NCBI GenBank assembly: GCA_963720265.1
Contig: CAVRET010000002.1
Coordinates: 878,069 to 942,068, forward strand
Reading direction: 5' to 3'
Source: an uncultured bacterium
GTDB taxonomy: Bacteria; Patescibacteriota; Saccharimonadia; UBA4664
DNA: 64,000 nt
Both the position numbers and the translations under genes were made by a program. The notes under the pieces are model-generated. The model did not search any database and was not told the DNA's origin. It saw nothing but the letters and a program-made list of their open reading frames with translations. Shown here in pieces: positions 18,183-27,265 of the stretch (position 1 is the stretch's first letter; every line of letters starts with the position of its first letter).

Positions 18183-19187
18183 ATGACCCAACTACCACGA
18201 AACGAAATCTTACTTGGTGACGCCGCAATGCGTCTGAAAGAATTGCCCGACGCCTCGATTGACTGTGTAATCACCTCCCCGCCCTATTACCGCTTGCGCG
18301 ATTATGGCGTCAACCGCCAGATCGGGGCCGAACCCGGCGTCACGGGCTGGGTTGAGGCCTTACGCGCCGTATTCCGCGAACTTGTCCGCGTCCTGAAGCC
18401 AACCGGCTCGGTGTGGCTCAACTTAGGAGATACCTATTCGGGCAAAGTCGCCGAGGGCGCACCCGCCTATTCCCTACTGCTTGGACCTGAGCGATTGCTG
18501 TTTGCCCTGGCCCAAGACGGCTGGATTGTGCGTAATAAGGTGATTTGGGACAAGACAAGAACCACGCCGCACCCGACCAAAGACCGGCTCACGCCCGCCT
18601 ATGAGGTCATTTACTACCTGGTACGCTCCCGGCCGTATCACTTTGATCTGGACGCGATTCGGGACACTCACTTACCAAAGACACTAGAGCGAGCAATCGC
18701 GGCGTTCCCAGAGCTCCAAAACGTGCCAAAGACCCAACTGCTCGGTCGTAATCCTGGCGATGTGTGGCGGTTTGCACCCAGCGTCTATGCCGGGGCGCAT
18801 TTCGCGACCTTTCCGCCAGAACTGGTCAGGCGTCCGCTGCTGGCGACGTGCCCAGAGAAGATCTGTACCGCCTGTAAGCGGCCGTGGCGGCGCATGGTTA
18901 CACCACTGTATGTCCCAACCTCGCGCTCGATTGGCGCGATCCGGCGGGCGCAAATGAACTATCCGATGCAGGATGTGATCTACATCCCGGGCGAGCTGCT
19001 ACCAGATTGTTTGTGTAATGCCCCGACCGTGCCCGGTGTGGTATTGGATCCATTCTTCGGCAGTGGCACCGTCGGCGCGGTCGCCCGCAAATTAGGTCGG
19101 GACTACATCGGCATTGAGCTCAACCCGGAGTACATCCAGCTTGCTAAGGACCGAATCAAAGCCGCTGGGGATCACGCCAATGCTTGA
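18183..19187 (+). CDS. beta-class N6-adenine/N4-cytosine DNA methyltransferase (334 aa), apparently orphan
   Basis: Motif IV CVITSPPY (D/S-PPY) is N-terminal and motif I DPFFGSGT is C-terminal, as in ParB-type/N4-N6 methyltransferases. No adjacent endonuclease gene. Confidence 0.75.
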   Translation: MTQLPRNEILLGDAAMRLKELPDASIDCVITSPPYYRLRDYGVNRQIGAEPGVTGWVEALRAVFRELVRVLKPTGSVWLNLGDTYSGKVAEGAPAYSLLLGPERLLFALAQDGWIVRNKVIWDKTRTTPHPTKDRLTPAYEVIYYLVRSRPYHFDLDAIRDTHLPKTLERAIAAFPELQNVPKTQLLGRNPGDVWRFAPSVYAGAHFATFPPELVRRPLLATCPEKICTACKRPWRRMVTPLYVPTSRSIGAIRRAQMNYPMQDVIYIPGELLPDCLCNAPTVPGVVLDPFFGSGTVGAVARKLGRDYIGIELNPEYIQLAKDRIKAAGDHANA

Positions 19188-19265
19188 TGTTTTGAGCAAT
19201 ACCTGTTGTAAACTTACAGCGATAGGTATACAATGCAAATCCAGCAATGAACTCAGGGAGATTCA

Positions 19266-19631
19266 ATGGCACCAGTTAGTCGCACTGAACTGGGCAACTA
19301 CATTCGAGAAGCGCGCGAGCGTAAGGGTATTTCCGCACGCGAACTTGGTCGGCGAACCGATATTGATTCGGCCGCTATTTCGCGTATGGAGCGCGGTGAG
19401 ACGGTTCCACGGTATGCAGTTGACCGGCTTGCACGCATTGCGGACGAGCTGGGGCTTGATAGCTACAACTTGTATGAAATGGCTGGCTACCCGATGTCTA
19501 GCAACCTGCCAGATCTTCCAGCTTACCTTAAAGCGAAGTACAAGTTGCCGGAAGGTGCTGTCGACGACATGGCCGAATATCTTAAGATTTTGGAAGCAGA
19601 GTATAAGGTTAAGCCGGACACCGAAGACTAA
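19266..19631 (+). CDS. XRE-family HTH regulator (121 aa)
   Basis: GISARELGRRTDIDSAAISRMERGE is an XRE-type HTH. The overlapping ORF 19114..19758 was rejected. Confidence 0.65.
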   Translation: MAPVSRTELGNYIREARERKGISARELGRRTDIDSAAISRMERGETVPRYAVDRLARIADELGLDSYNLYEMAGYPMSSNLPDLPAYLKAKYKLPEGAVDDMAEYLKILEAEYKVKPDTED

Positions 19632-19754
19632 GCAGTTTGCACATTTGAGGATATTGAATCGGGCACGCATGCCCGATTTTTGCGTTAGAAAGGCCTCAGT
19701 GATCCGTCGGAAGCGTGGTATCCTCCCTCCTCAATTAAGTGAGGAGAAGTGCGT

Positions 19755-21419
19755 ATGAAGAAAGCCGTTATTTATTTGAGAGTATCGACCCCGAGCCAAG
19801 GCAATACGGATCGCGACCCCGAGGGCCTATCGATCCCAGCTCAGCGCGAAGCCTGTGTTCTGAAAGCCGAGAGCCTAGGCGCTGAGGTTGTCGAGGAGTT
19901 TAAAGATCAGGGCGAATCGGCCAAGTCGGCCGATCGCGAGGAATTGCAGCGCATGATGAAATTCCTGCGTGAGCATAACGACATTGACTATATGATCGTA
20001 CATAAGCTTGACCGCTTTATCCGCCACCGAGATGATGATGTATTTCTTGGAATTGAACTGCGCAAGCTCGGCGTAAAGTTCATATCTTGTAGTGAGAATA
20101 TCGATGAGACGCCCTCGGGCAAGCTCATGCACGGCATGCTCGCAAGCTTTGCCGAGTACTATTCAAACAATCTCGCCTTGGAGGTCAAAAAGGGCATGGA
20201 TCAGAAGGCTAAGGTCGGCGGGACGCCCACCCGCGCTCCATTGGGTTATCTGAACGTGCCTGAAGTTATCGGCCAGCGGGTAATCCACTCTGTTGCTATC
20301 GACAAGGAGCGGGCTCCACTGATCCGCGAGGCATTTGAGCTATACGCTACCGGCGAATATTCGATTATCGAGTTGTGCGACCTGTTGAGCATGAAAGGTC
20401 TGCGCTCGCGAGCCGGTAAAAAAGCCATCTCACGGCCGATTACCTGGAGTACCCTCGGCAAGATCTTAAATATGCCCTACTACACCGGCGACATTGTATA
20501 TAAAGGCGTGAGGTATGAAGGTCGGCATACGCCACTGATTTCCAAAGAGTTGTTTGAGCAAGTGCAACAAGTATTGAAATCACGCGTTAATGGCGAGAAA
20601 CAGCGTGTGCATACGCATTACCTCAAAAGCAGTGTGTATTGCATGCGGTGCGGTGCTCCATTGCGTATCACGGCCGCCAAGAGCGCATATTTGTATTACT
20701 TCTGCTCAGCACGACCAAAGCGCCATAAGTGCGATCTGCCCTACGTTGAAGCCGGGCGCATCGAGGAAAGCTTGCTCAATTGTTACCGCACAGTGCAGCT
20801 CACTGATAAGGAGGTGGATGAGATTCGTGCGCAAGTCGCAATTAATCTGCAGAAAGGTCGTCATTCGGCCGAAGTCGATGCAAAACGGCAGACTTCACGC
20901 CTCAACGAACTAAAAGCAGAGCGAGCGAAGCTCATGCAGGCCTACTACGCCAATGCGATCCCGCTCGATGTGCTCACTACCGAGCAAACACGTATCAATC
21001 GGGATATTCAGGAGGCCGAATCAATCCTTGCAAAGGGCACGACGAAATTTGAGGAGTTGAGTGAGATTTTTGAAAAGGCAATCTGGCTATTACAAGACTG
21101 CTACACGACCTATGAGCAAGTGCCAGATAAGATCCGCCGCATGATGAATCAGGCGTTGTTCTCGCACGTGTACGTCGATCAAGAATCTGATACCGGGATA
21201 ACGAAAACACGGGCTGTGGACCTCTCAGAGCCGTTTGGAGTCATCATGGCGCTCACGAACCGTCCTGTGCAGCCACTAAGTAAATTAGCCTTGCCTGAAC
21301 CAAAAACAAGGCCTCGTGGCCTTGTTTTAAGCAATTCGGCTCTTTATAAAGCCGAAGGTTCTGAACATAAACTTTTGGTGGGCAATGAGGGGCTCGAACC
21401 CCCGACCTCCTCGGTGTAA
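19755..21419 (+). CDS. large serine recombinase/integrase
   Basis: Resolvase catalytic domain (AVIYLRVSTPSQ), recombinase domain and Cys zinc ribbon (CMRCGAPL...C...C). The ATG at 19755 follows a GAGGAG RBS, and the track start at 19749 is a GTG inside that RBS. The 3' end overlaps tRNA-Val on the opposite strand. Confidence 0.8.
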   Translation: MKKAVIYLRVSTPSQGNTDRDPEGLSIPAQREACVLKAESLGAEVVEEFKDQGESAKSADREELQRMMKFLREHNDIDYMIVHKLDRFIRHRDDDVFLGIELRKLGVKFISCSENIDETPSGKLMHGMLASFAEYYSNNLALEVKKGMDQKAKVGGTPTRAPLGYLNVPEVIGQRVIHSVAIDKERAPLIREAFELYATGEYSIIELCDLLSMKGLRSRAGKKAISRPITWSTLGKILNMPYYTGDIVYKGVRYEGRHTPLISKELFEQVQQVLKSRVNGEKQRVHTHYLKSSVYCMRCGAPLRITAAKSAYLYYFCSARPKRHKCDLPYVEAGRIEESLLNCYRTVQLTDKEVDEIRAQVAINLQKGRHSAEVDAKRQTSRLNELKAERAKLMQAYYANAIPLDVLTTEQTRINRDIQEAESILAKGTTKFEELSEIFEKAIWLLQDCYTTYEQVPDKIRRMMNQALFSHVYVDQESDTGITKTRAVDLSEPFGVIMALTNRPVQPLSKLALPEPKTRPRGLVLSNSALYKAEGSEHKLLVGNEGLEPPTSSV

Positions 21420-21452
21420 ACGAGGCGCTCTAGCCAGCTGAGCTAATTGCCC
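21376..21452 (-). tRNA. tRNA-Val (anticodon TAC)
   Basis: The complement reads GGGCAATTAGCTCAGCTGGCTAGAGCGCCTCGTTTACACCGAGGAGGTCGGGGGTTCGAGCCCCTCATTGCCCACCA. It has a 7-bp acceptor stem, D-arm AGCTCAGCTGG, anticodon loop TTTACAC, T-arm GGTTCGAGCC and an encoded CCA. Confidence 0.8.
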
Positions 21453-21514
21453 GGGTGGGACTGGAGGACATTATACGGTATTGTCCGCAGAGTGTGGAAA
21501 TCAGTATTTGCATT

Positions 21515-22801
21515 TTACGATCTTTGGACGGCTGTGCGGTTTTCCGGCGGAGTTTGGAGCATAATTCGGAACCGATCCGGCCGCGGCTGACCGTGTTCGT
21601 CAAAGCCTTGCATGTGAGTCGCGACAAATTGTATTCGTGGGTCGATGTCAGTACCCGAAATGCGCGAACTCACTCGATTGCGCTCTGAACGAAATTCATG
21701 TGGTTCAGCCTCGGACACATTGGCCCCCAGGAGCCACTGCAGTTCGCTCATGAGCAGTGCGATCCTAGGATCCTCGGTGGGTAAATGGGGCTCGGCACTT
21801 CCTCCAGGCCTCTTTTGATAATGAATCGGGCCCTCGTACAGAACAACCTGGCTGAGCGACTGCTCGCCGCGGCGCGGTGCAGCAAATCTAACCGCCCTTC
21901 CAATAGCAAGTGTCAGACTCTCTTCTATCCCCGCATTTGACTGGTCTTCTAATGTCGGTACCGGATGCCGCATCGCGTGGTCGGCCCTGATGTCGAGGCG
22001 CTCGCGCAGGACCGCTGCATTTTGGACGGCGTTTCTTATGCCGTCGCTATAGGTTTCTTGAGGTGATGGGACTGCGACCGCCATATCAGCGAAGAGTTGG
22101 GTTGTGGCATTGGCGGCGGGGGCTTCAGGCCACTCAGGGGTGCGTCTTGAATTCTCTGATCCGACCATAACCGTTCCTTGGTCACGAGCCGCTTCAAAGT
22201 CACGTGTCTCCGCACGTGTCTGGTCAAACGTCATTTCGATTTTTCGGCGTTGTGGGTCATTTGAATTGAGCTGCTGGTATATGATGCCCACCCCATCAAT
22301 ATCGGTTGCATATTCTTGCGGATTTTCCGTTGGGGCGGTACCAAGCAGGCGTTCCAATTCCGTATTGATGACAAGTGCCTGTTCCGGTGTGCAGTCCTCG
22401 CCGTTGAAGAGTAAGACCCTTTGCCCGGCGAATTTAGGGGCGTCGAGGAGCACTTCCACTGCCCTGCCGAGCGCTGCGCTAATTTCGTACCGGACTTTAT
22501 CATCTGCCGCGAGCCCTTGGCTCAGCTCGTTGCCACCCTGAAGGAATGATGGTTCGGAAGCACGATCCATGAGATGCGCTGCTAGGGTCATTGCCTCAAT
22601 GCCGACGTTCTCAGACTGTGCCTGCTTCCTCAGTGCTTGGACACGTGCCGCAATAGTATGCGCGACGCCTTCGTAAAACTCGCTTACCAGGACAGGCCGA
22701 CGCTCTGAGAGGTCACGTAGCTCGTGACGATTGAATGTATCGCCTGGTCTTGGGTTCGCCGGATCTCTATATCCCGGCGCTTCGGCGCTGTGGGTGCTCA
22801 T
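21515..22801 (-). CDS. hypothetical protein (428 aa)
   Basis: ORF track. Protein-like sequence, no motif recognised. Confidence 0.45.
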   Translation of the reverse strand: MSTHSAEAPGYRDPANPRPGDTFNRHELRDLSERRPVLVSEFYEGVAHTIAARVQALRKQAQSENVGIEAMTLAAHLMDRASEPSFLQGGNELSQGLAADDKVRYEISAALGRAVEVLLDAPKFAGQRVLLFNGEDCTPEQALVINTELERLLGTAPTENPQEYATDIDGVGIIYQQLNSNDPQRRKIEMTFDQTRAETRDFEAARDQGTVMVGSENSRRTPEWPEAPAANATTQLFADMAVAVPSPQETYSDGIRNAVQNAAVLRERLDIRADHAMRHPVPTLEDQSNAGIEESLTLAIGRAVRFAAPRRGEQSLSQVVLYEGPIHYQKRPGGSAEPHLPTEDPRIALLMSELQWLLGANVSEAEPHEFRSERNRVSSRISGTDIDPRIQFVATHMQGFDEHGQPRPDRFRIMLQTPPENRTAVQRS

Positions 22802-23015
22802 AGTAAGTTCCTTGCTGTGATCATCCTTAGCATAAACGATTACCCTTTACGTAGCTACAACCCGGTCGCAGATAGCATGGGCGGAATTGTGTGCATTATG
22901 CTAGCCTCAACAACTCCCGGGCCGGTACCCACGGTCGGGGGTAGGTTGTCCCATAAAAAGGGCCGCCATTGAGCCGTTGGTTATGGTAGTCTAGAAGCAT
23001 AATTAAGGTTGCCCC

Positions 23016-23411
23016 ATGTCAAAAATTCTGATCGTGGATGATGATCCGCAAATGTACAGACTTTACCAAAGGACCTTTGACATGGAAGGGTTCACGACTG
23101 AGGTGGCCGATGACGGCCGGACTGGGGTTGAACGGGTGAGAGATTTCCGTCCGGACGTGATTTTGCTCGACATTATGATGAAGAACATGAACGGCCTGGA
23201 AGTGCTTCAGACCCTGAAAGCCAGCCCTACCGCGCGGGACATTCCAGTGATTGTGCTGAGCAATATTTCAGATATGAGAATTGTGAACGAAGCCAAGGCC
23301 AAGGGTGCTATACAATTCGTGGTTAAAAGCGAGACCGAGCCGGCTACCATGGTGGCGGTTGTGAAAGACGTACTATCGAATACCGGCTCCGCTGGGGCGA
23401 GCTACATTTAA
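23016..23411 (+). CDS. stand-alone response-regulator receiver (CheY-like REC domain only)
   Basis: ILIVDDDPQ (acidic pocket), ILLDIMM (phospho-acceptor Asp) and VIVLSN. Confidence 0.75.
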   Translation: MSKILIVDDDPQMYRLYQRTFDMEGFTTEVADDGRTGVERVRDFRPDVILLDIMMKNMNGLEVLQTLKASPTARDIPVIVLSNISDMRIVNEAKAKGAIQFVVKSETEPATMVAVVKDVLSNTGSAGASYI

Positions 23412-23425
23412 GACCACCGGCGGCA

Positions 23426-24688
23426 ATGACTGACACCAATTACAATGAGCTTCTGCGGCACCAGCTGGATGAAGCCGGGGTGGAGATCTCAGACCTGCCG
23501 GCGCCGGTCGCGATGTTACTTAGCTCGGTTGCCAAATCCTATGCTCGCATGCAAACCGAGCAGGCTGAAAACCAGAAAACGATTAAGCTGCGGACCGACC
23601 AGTTAATCGCGTCGGTGTCCCAGGCTTATTCATTCTTGGACAGCCTGCATATGGGCCTCGTCATGTGCGACATCAACCCCGAGGTAGTGCTCACCAACTC
23701 CGCTATGCGGGGCATGCTGAACGGCCAATCAGGCAAGAAGTCGGCCTGGACGCTGGCGGAGATGGAGCTGGCGTTAGGACCAAAGCAGCCGTTGCGGGAA
23801 CAGGTCCAAAAGTGCCTCGAGCAAGGCACAACCATGGAGCTTAGGGAAGTGCCGTGCGGGGAGCTGGTTTTGAGGATGCTGATCGCGCCGATGGCAAACC
23901 AGGTTAACGGCGCGCAACAACAATTTGGAGCAATTATTCTGGCGGAAGATATCACGGAGCAGGTTGTAATGATGCGCTCGAAGGATGAGTTTTTCTTTAT
24001 TGCCTCGCACGAGCTGCGTACGCCGCTGACGGCTATTCGCGGCAATTCGTCGTTGATCATTACCAAAAGGGATAAGCTCAAAGCCACCGAAGTGGCGGAG
24101 ATGATGCAGGATATTCACGATTCGTCGGTGCGGCTGATTGAAATTGTGAACGACTTTTTGGACGTTTCGGCGCTTGAACAAGGCAAGATTGAGATGCGGC
24201 CGGCTAATTTTAAACTTGGCCAAGTGGTGGACGAGGTGTTGCGAGACCTCGGCAGTGTGGCCGGCGCTAAGGGCGACCGGCTGGTAGCTGATCCGAGTTT
24301 GGCATCACTGCCGGCCGTGACGGCTGACGAGCAGCGCATCAAGCAAGTCATCTACAATCTGGTCGGCAATGCCATCAAGTTTACCGATCGGGGGCAGGTG
24401 ATAGTAAGCGGCAAGGCTGAAGGCCAGATGGTGCGCTGCTTTGTCAAAGACACGGGGCTGGGCATGTCTGACGATAGCCACCGCCTGCTGTTTCGCAAAT
24501 TTCAGCAAGCAGGCACGAGTCTCCTCACTCGGGATGCCACGAAGGGCACGGGGTTGGGCCTATATATTTCCAAACTGATTGTCGAATTATCGGGCGGGTC
24601 GATTAAGCTGGAAGAGTCGAAGCCGGGTGAAGGCAGCACGTTTTCGTTTTTGCTGCCGGCGACTGTGCTAGGCTTAAACAATAATTAG
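23426..24688 (+). CDS. sensor histidine kinase, cytoplasmic (no TM segment)
   Basis: H-box HELRTPLTAIRG, N-box NLVGNAIKFT, and G boxes DTGLGM and GTGLGLYISK. The N-terminal approximately 190 aa may be a PAS/sensor domain. Confidence 0.75.
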   Translation: MTDTNYNELLRHQLDEAGVEISDLPAPVAMLLSSVAKSYARMQTEQAENQKTIKLRTDQLIASVSQAYSFLDSLHMGLVMCDINPEVVLTNSAMRGMLNGQSGKKSAWTLAEMELALGPKQPLREQVQKCLEQGTTMELREVPCGELVLRMLIAPMANQVNGAQQQFGAIILAEDITEQVVMMRSKDEFFFIASHELRTPLTAIRGNSSLIITKRDKLKATEVAEMMQDIHDSSVRLIEIVNDFLDVSALEQGKIEMRPANFKLGQVVDEVLRDLGSVAGAKGDRLVADPSLASLPAVTADEQRIKQVIYNLVGNAIKFTDRGQVIVSGKAEGQMVRCFVKDTGLGMSDDSHRLLFRKFQQAGTSLLTRDATKGTGLGLYISKLIVELSGGSIKLEESKPGEGSTFSFLLPATVLGLNNN

Positions 24689-24698
24689 GGGCTTGGGC

Positions 24699-25103
24699 AT
24701 GCAAAAAATTCTCATTATTGATGACGATCCGCAGATGTACCGGCTATACAAAACGATTTTCGCAATGGAGAACTTCGAGGTTGAGGTGGCAGAAGACGGA
24801 CAGGCCGGTCTGGACAAGGTGAAGACGTTTCAGCCTAATGTGATTTTGCTCGATATTATGATGAAAACGATGAACGGTCTCGATGTGCTGACGGCCCTGA
24901 AGGCCGACACTGCCGTGAGCCATATTCCGGTCGTGGTACTTAGTAATGTTTCGGATACGGTGGTGATTAACCAGGCCAAGGCCAAGGGTGCTGTGCAGTT
25001 TGTAGTCAAAAGCAACACCGAGCCCGGCGATATGGTGGCCTTGGTGCGGTCGGTGCTGGCGAAAGCGCACGCGGCTGATGCTGGGCCGGCCCCGAGCGCT
25101 TAG
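24699..25103 (+). CDS. stand-alone response-regulator receiver, paralog of 23016..23411
   Basis: MQKILIIDDDPQMYRLYK is nearly identical in pattern to the first REC protein. The ATG at 24699 follows AGGGG. Confidence 0.75.
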   Translation: MQKILIIDDDPQMYRLYKTIFAMENFEVEVAEDGQAGLDKVKTFQPNVILLDIMMKTMNGLDVLTALKADTAVSHIPVVVLSNVSDTVVINQAKAKGAVQFVVKSNTEPGDMVALVRSVLAKAHAADAGPAPSA

Positions 25104-25187
25104 GCCAAGAAATAATTATTGCAAAGAAACGCGTCCAAAATAGACAACTATTTGTTGGCGATAATGGAACTGGTTTTTGGAAGCTCC

Positions 25188-25225
25188 GGCCGGCCCCAGG
25201 TTTTCGTGTGAACCTGGGGCCGGCC
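25188..25225. terminator. GC-rich perfect hairpin (15-bp stem GGCCGGCCCCAGGTT / AACCTGGGGCCGGCC, loop TTCGTGTG) between convergent genes
   Basis: Read directly from the sequence. There is no clear U-tract on either side, so this may be a bidirectional terminator or an RNA-stability element. Confidence 0.35.
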
Positions 25226-25275
25226 AAACGGGCTGTACACGACATGGCGGCCGTATACTCTGATGCCTCCGGTCG

Positions 25276-25537
25276 TTAGTCGTCGGTGAGCGCGCGCCTG
25301 CGACGGGCGGGGCCCGGGTACAGTGGCCCATCGGACGCGCCCGCTGGTCCAGATCCGGCGCCCTGCGCTGCACCGGATGTCGCTCCGGCCGGCGCGCTGG
25401 CAGCTGTGCCCTTAGCCGGTGTCCCTGCAGCCGGGGCACCAGTCCCGGGTAGGGGGCGGCCGAGCATCTCCTCGGCAGGCTGGGGCCGGGCACTCGGGTC
25501 CTGACCGGCCGGAGGCTGGTCTTTGTCGTCAGGCATG
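25276..25537 (-). CDS. small Pro/Ala/Gly-rich intrinsically disordered protein (about 87 aa from the Met at 25537)
   Basis: GGAGGG RBS then ATG (MPDDKDQPPAGQDPSARPQ...). It overlaps the stop of the upstream 500-aa gene. Confidence 0.3.
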
Positions 25538-27031
25538 AAGCCCTCCTTGTTGGTCGCATGCAGCCAGCAGCTGCATGACACGGGGATGGAGGAGATTTGG
25601 CGATGTGGCTCGCAAGGCTTCCTCCCGTTGCCTAAGCCTATCTTCGACGTCCGGGGCCTGCATTCCCACGTGCGCGTACAAGTGTGAGTTATACCACATG
25701 GCTTGACTGTCACTGTAACGCACAAGCTCGGCACCGATGTCCACCGGCTCGTCGTAGAAGCATCTTACGTTATTCAAGACACCTACGGCGATACGAGTGG
25801 CAGCGCTCTGGATTTCCAGGGCGGGATGCGGCATCTGAAGCGCAAGATTGTCTTGTTCGTCTGAGACGCGTTGGTACCACTGCCGAAACACAAAGTGCAC
25901 CAGCCGCCCAACGATAAACTCGGCAAACTCCGGCTCCTGATCGAGTCGAGCCCAGAGATCGTCTGCGGACTCGGATGAAGGTTCGACGCGTAGGCCCTTC
26001 TCCACCAGCTCCGCAGTCGTCAGCTTGCCGACGTCTGTGCTCAGAAACTCAAGCGCTCCTCCTGCTCGGCAATTGCGTTTGAACGTCGTAGCGGCACTGC
26101 ACAGACTAGAGCCCGAAAACGCCTGCTCTCCCAGACGTGCGAGCAGGCGGTCGGTGACGCGGGTGAGGGCGTCCCACTCGCGGTTCCAGCGAGCAATAGG
26201 TTCCGCCAGCACTGAAATTTGGAGATTTGCAACCGCATGGGGCGGCGCGGTGCTGAGTTTTTCAACCACCGCCTCTACAGCCTGCTGGTCGCGCTCCAGG
26301 GCCATGATGGCCTCGAAATAGACGTCCAGCAGCACCCACTGCCCATCTGAGAGCTGTACAATGAGAGCCGGATGGAAACTATAATCGGCGATCTCAGCCA
26401 AGGCTTCTTTGATTTCTCTCAGCTCAGACCGCATGCCTCCGAGCCGGGTTTGCTTAGCAAAGACCGGGATTTTTTGTTCTAGATACTTTATTGTCTGCGA
26501 TCTGAACTGGGTGTCCAGCGCGTAGATTTCGTAGTATCTAGGGCGCAGGACCAGCGCAACCCAGTGCGGCGCACCCGCTGTGGCCGCAAAGCCCGCGAGC
26601 ATTGTAGCCATGCCCAAACAACTTGGTATGACTGGACCAGTCCGCCAGCGCCCGAACTGCTTGGGCAATGCGTCTTGGTAGACCTGCTCGTGGCCGTAGT
26701 TAACTTTGCGGTCCCGGACCTTGTACCATTGATAGGAGCGGAGCGTACGCCCGACTTCCCGGAGTACTTCGAGCTGCCGGTAGGGGTCATAGCGCCGCCA
26801 GTGCTTAGCGTGCGTCTTAAGGCTCCGAGGCAGTGAATCCGCGGCTGCTGTGATGAGGGATTCACCGAGCAGCTGGACGTGGGCGGCCGTGTTGGGCTGG
26901 GCGTGGTTCGCGAAGCTTGCTAGAAGCTCGTTAAAGCGCTCGGTTGCTTCGACGTCGGTGACGTCGATGTCGCAGCCCAATTTGTACGTCAAAGCCATGA
27001 GCTCGGCCATGCCAAGACCCACAATTCCCAC
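25529..27031 (-). CDS. hypothetical protein (500 aa), possible transglutaminase-like Cys-His-Asp peptidase core
   Basis: VIPSCLGMATMLAGF followed by HWVALVL and YALD resembles the transglutaminase-like catalytic arrangement. This is weak, motif-only evidence. Confidence 0.45.
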   Translation of the reverse strand: MGIVGLGMAELMALTYKLGCDIDVTDVEATERFNELLASFANHAQPNTAAHVQLLGESLITAAADSLPRSLKTHAKHWRRYDPYRQLEVLREVGRTLRSYQWYKVRDRKVNYGHEQVYQDALPKQFGRWRTGPVIPSCLGMATMLAGFAATAGAPHWVALVLRPRYYEIYALDTQFRSQTIKYLEQKIPVFAKQTRLGGMRSELREIKEALAEIADYSFHPALIVQLSDGQWVLLDVYFEAIMALERDQQAVEAVVEKLSTAPPHAVANLQISVLAEPIARWNREWDALTRVTDRLLARLGEQAFSGSSLCSAATTFKRNCRAGGALEFLSTDVGKLTTAELVEKGLRVEPSSESADDLWARLDQEPEFAEFIVGRLVHFVFRQWYQRVSDEQDNLALQMPHPALEIQSAATRIAVGVLNNVRCFYDEPVDIGAELVRYSDSQAMWYNSHLYAHVGMQAPDVEDRLRQREEALRATSPNLLHPRVMQLLAACDQQGGLHA

Positions 27032-27163
27032 CTCGATCCTGTTCTGTTAAGGGGCTTGCCATATTTTGCAATATATCTGTGCTATTTTCAAGTATTAACA
27101 TCCTTTTGAGCCCGAAAGAGCAATGCACTTCACAGGCCTTCTGTGGCACTTGTTTTTGTTAGG

Positions 27164-27265
27164 ACGCTATTGGTTTGTTGAATAATTCCATGGTGCCCCT
27201 GAGTGGTCTCCAGTCGAACACCTTTTAGGATGGTTTGATAGGATTATGTCAGCTTTTGCGTAAAT
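27164..27265. repeat. approximately 100-bp direct repeat, copy A (overlaps last codons of the PIN gene)
   Basis: ACGCTATTGGTTTGTTGAATAATTCCATGGTGCCCCTGAGTGGTCTCCAGTCGAACACCTTTTAGGATGGTTTGATAGGATTATGTCAGCTTTT is about 86% identical to copy B at 28067..28170. Confidence 0.6.

Larger units (their letters stand above)
14600..21452. mobile_element. putative integrative (mobilizable/conjugative) element 1 at the 3' end of tRNA-Val
   Basis: Contiguous module of coupled small genes, TraD-like ATPase, replication-relaxation protein, orphan methyltransferase, XRE regulator and large serine recombinase ending inside tRNA-Val. The left boundary was not determined and could lie further left. Confidence 0.5.

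Noticed and set aside
19114-19758. 214-aa plus-strand ORF overlapping the XRE gene and the 19263..19670 minus ORF
   Set aside because: It is out of frame with the well-formed XRE HTH gene at 19266..19631 and spans the methyltransferase stop and the recombinase RBS. It has no motif and is most likely spurious.
21455-21688. 77-aa plus ORF next to tRNA-Val
   Set aside because: It overlaps the 5' region of the minus-strand 428-aa gene and the tRNA flank. No RBS and no motif.
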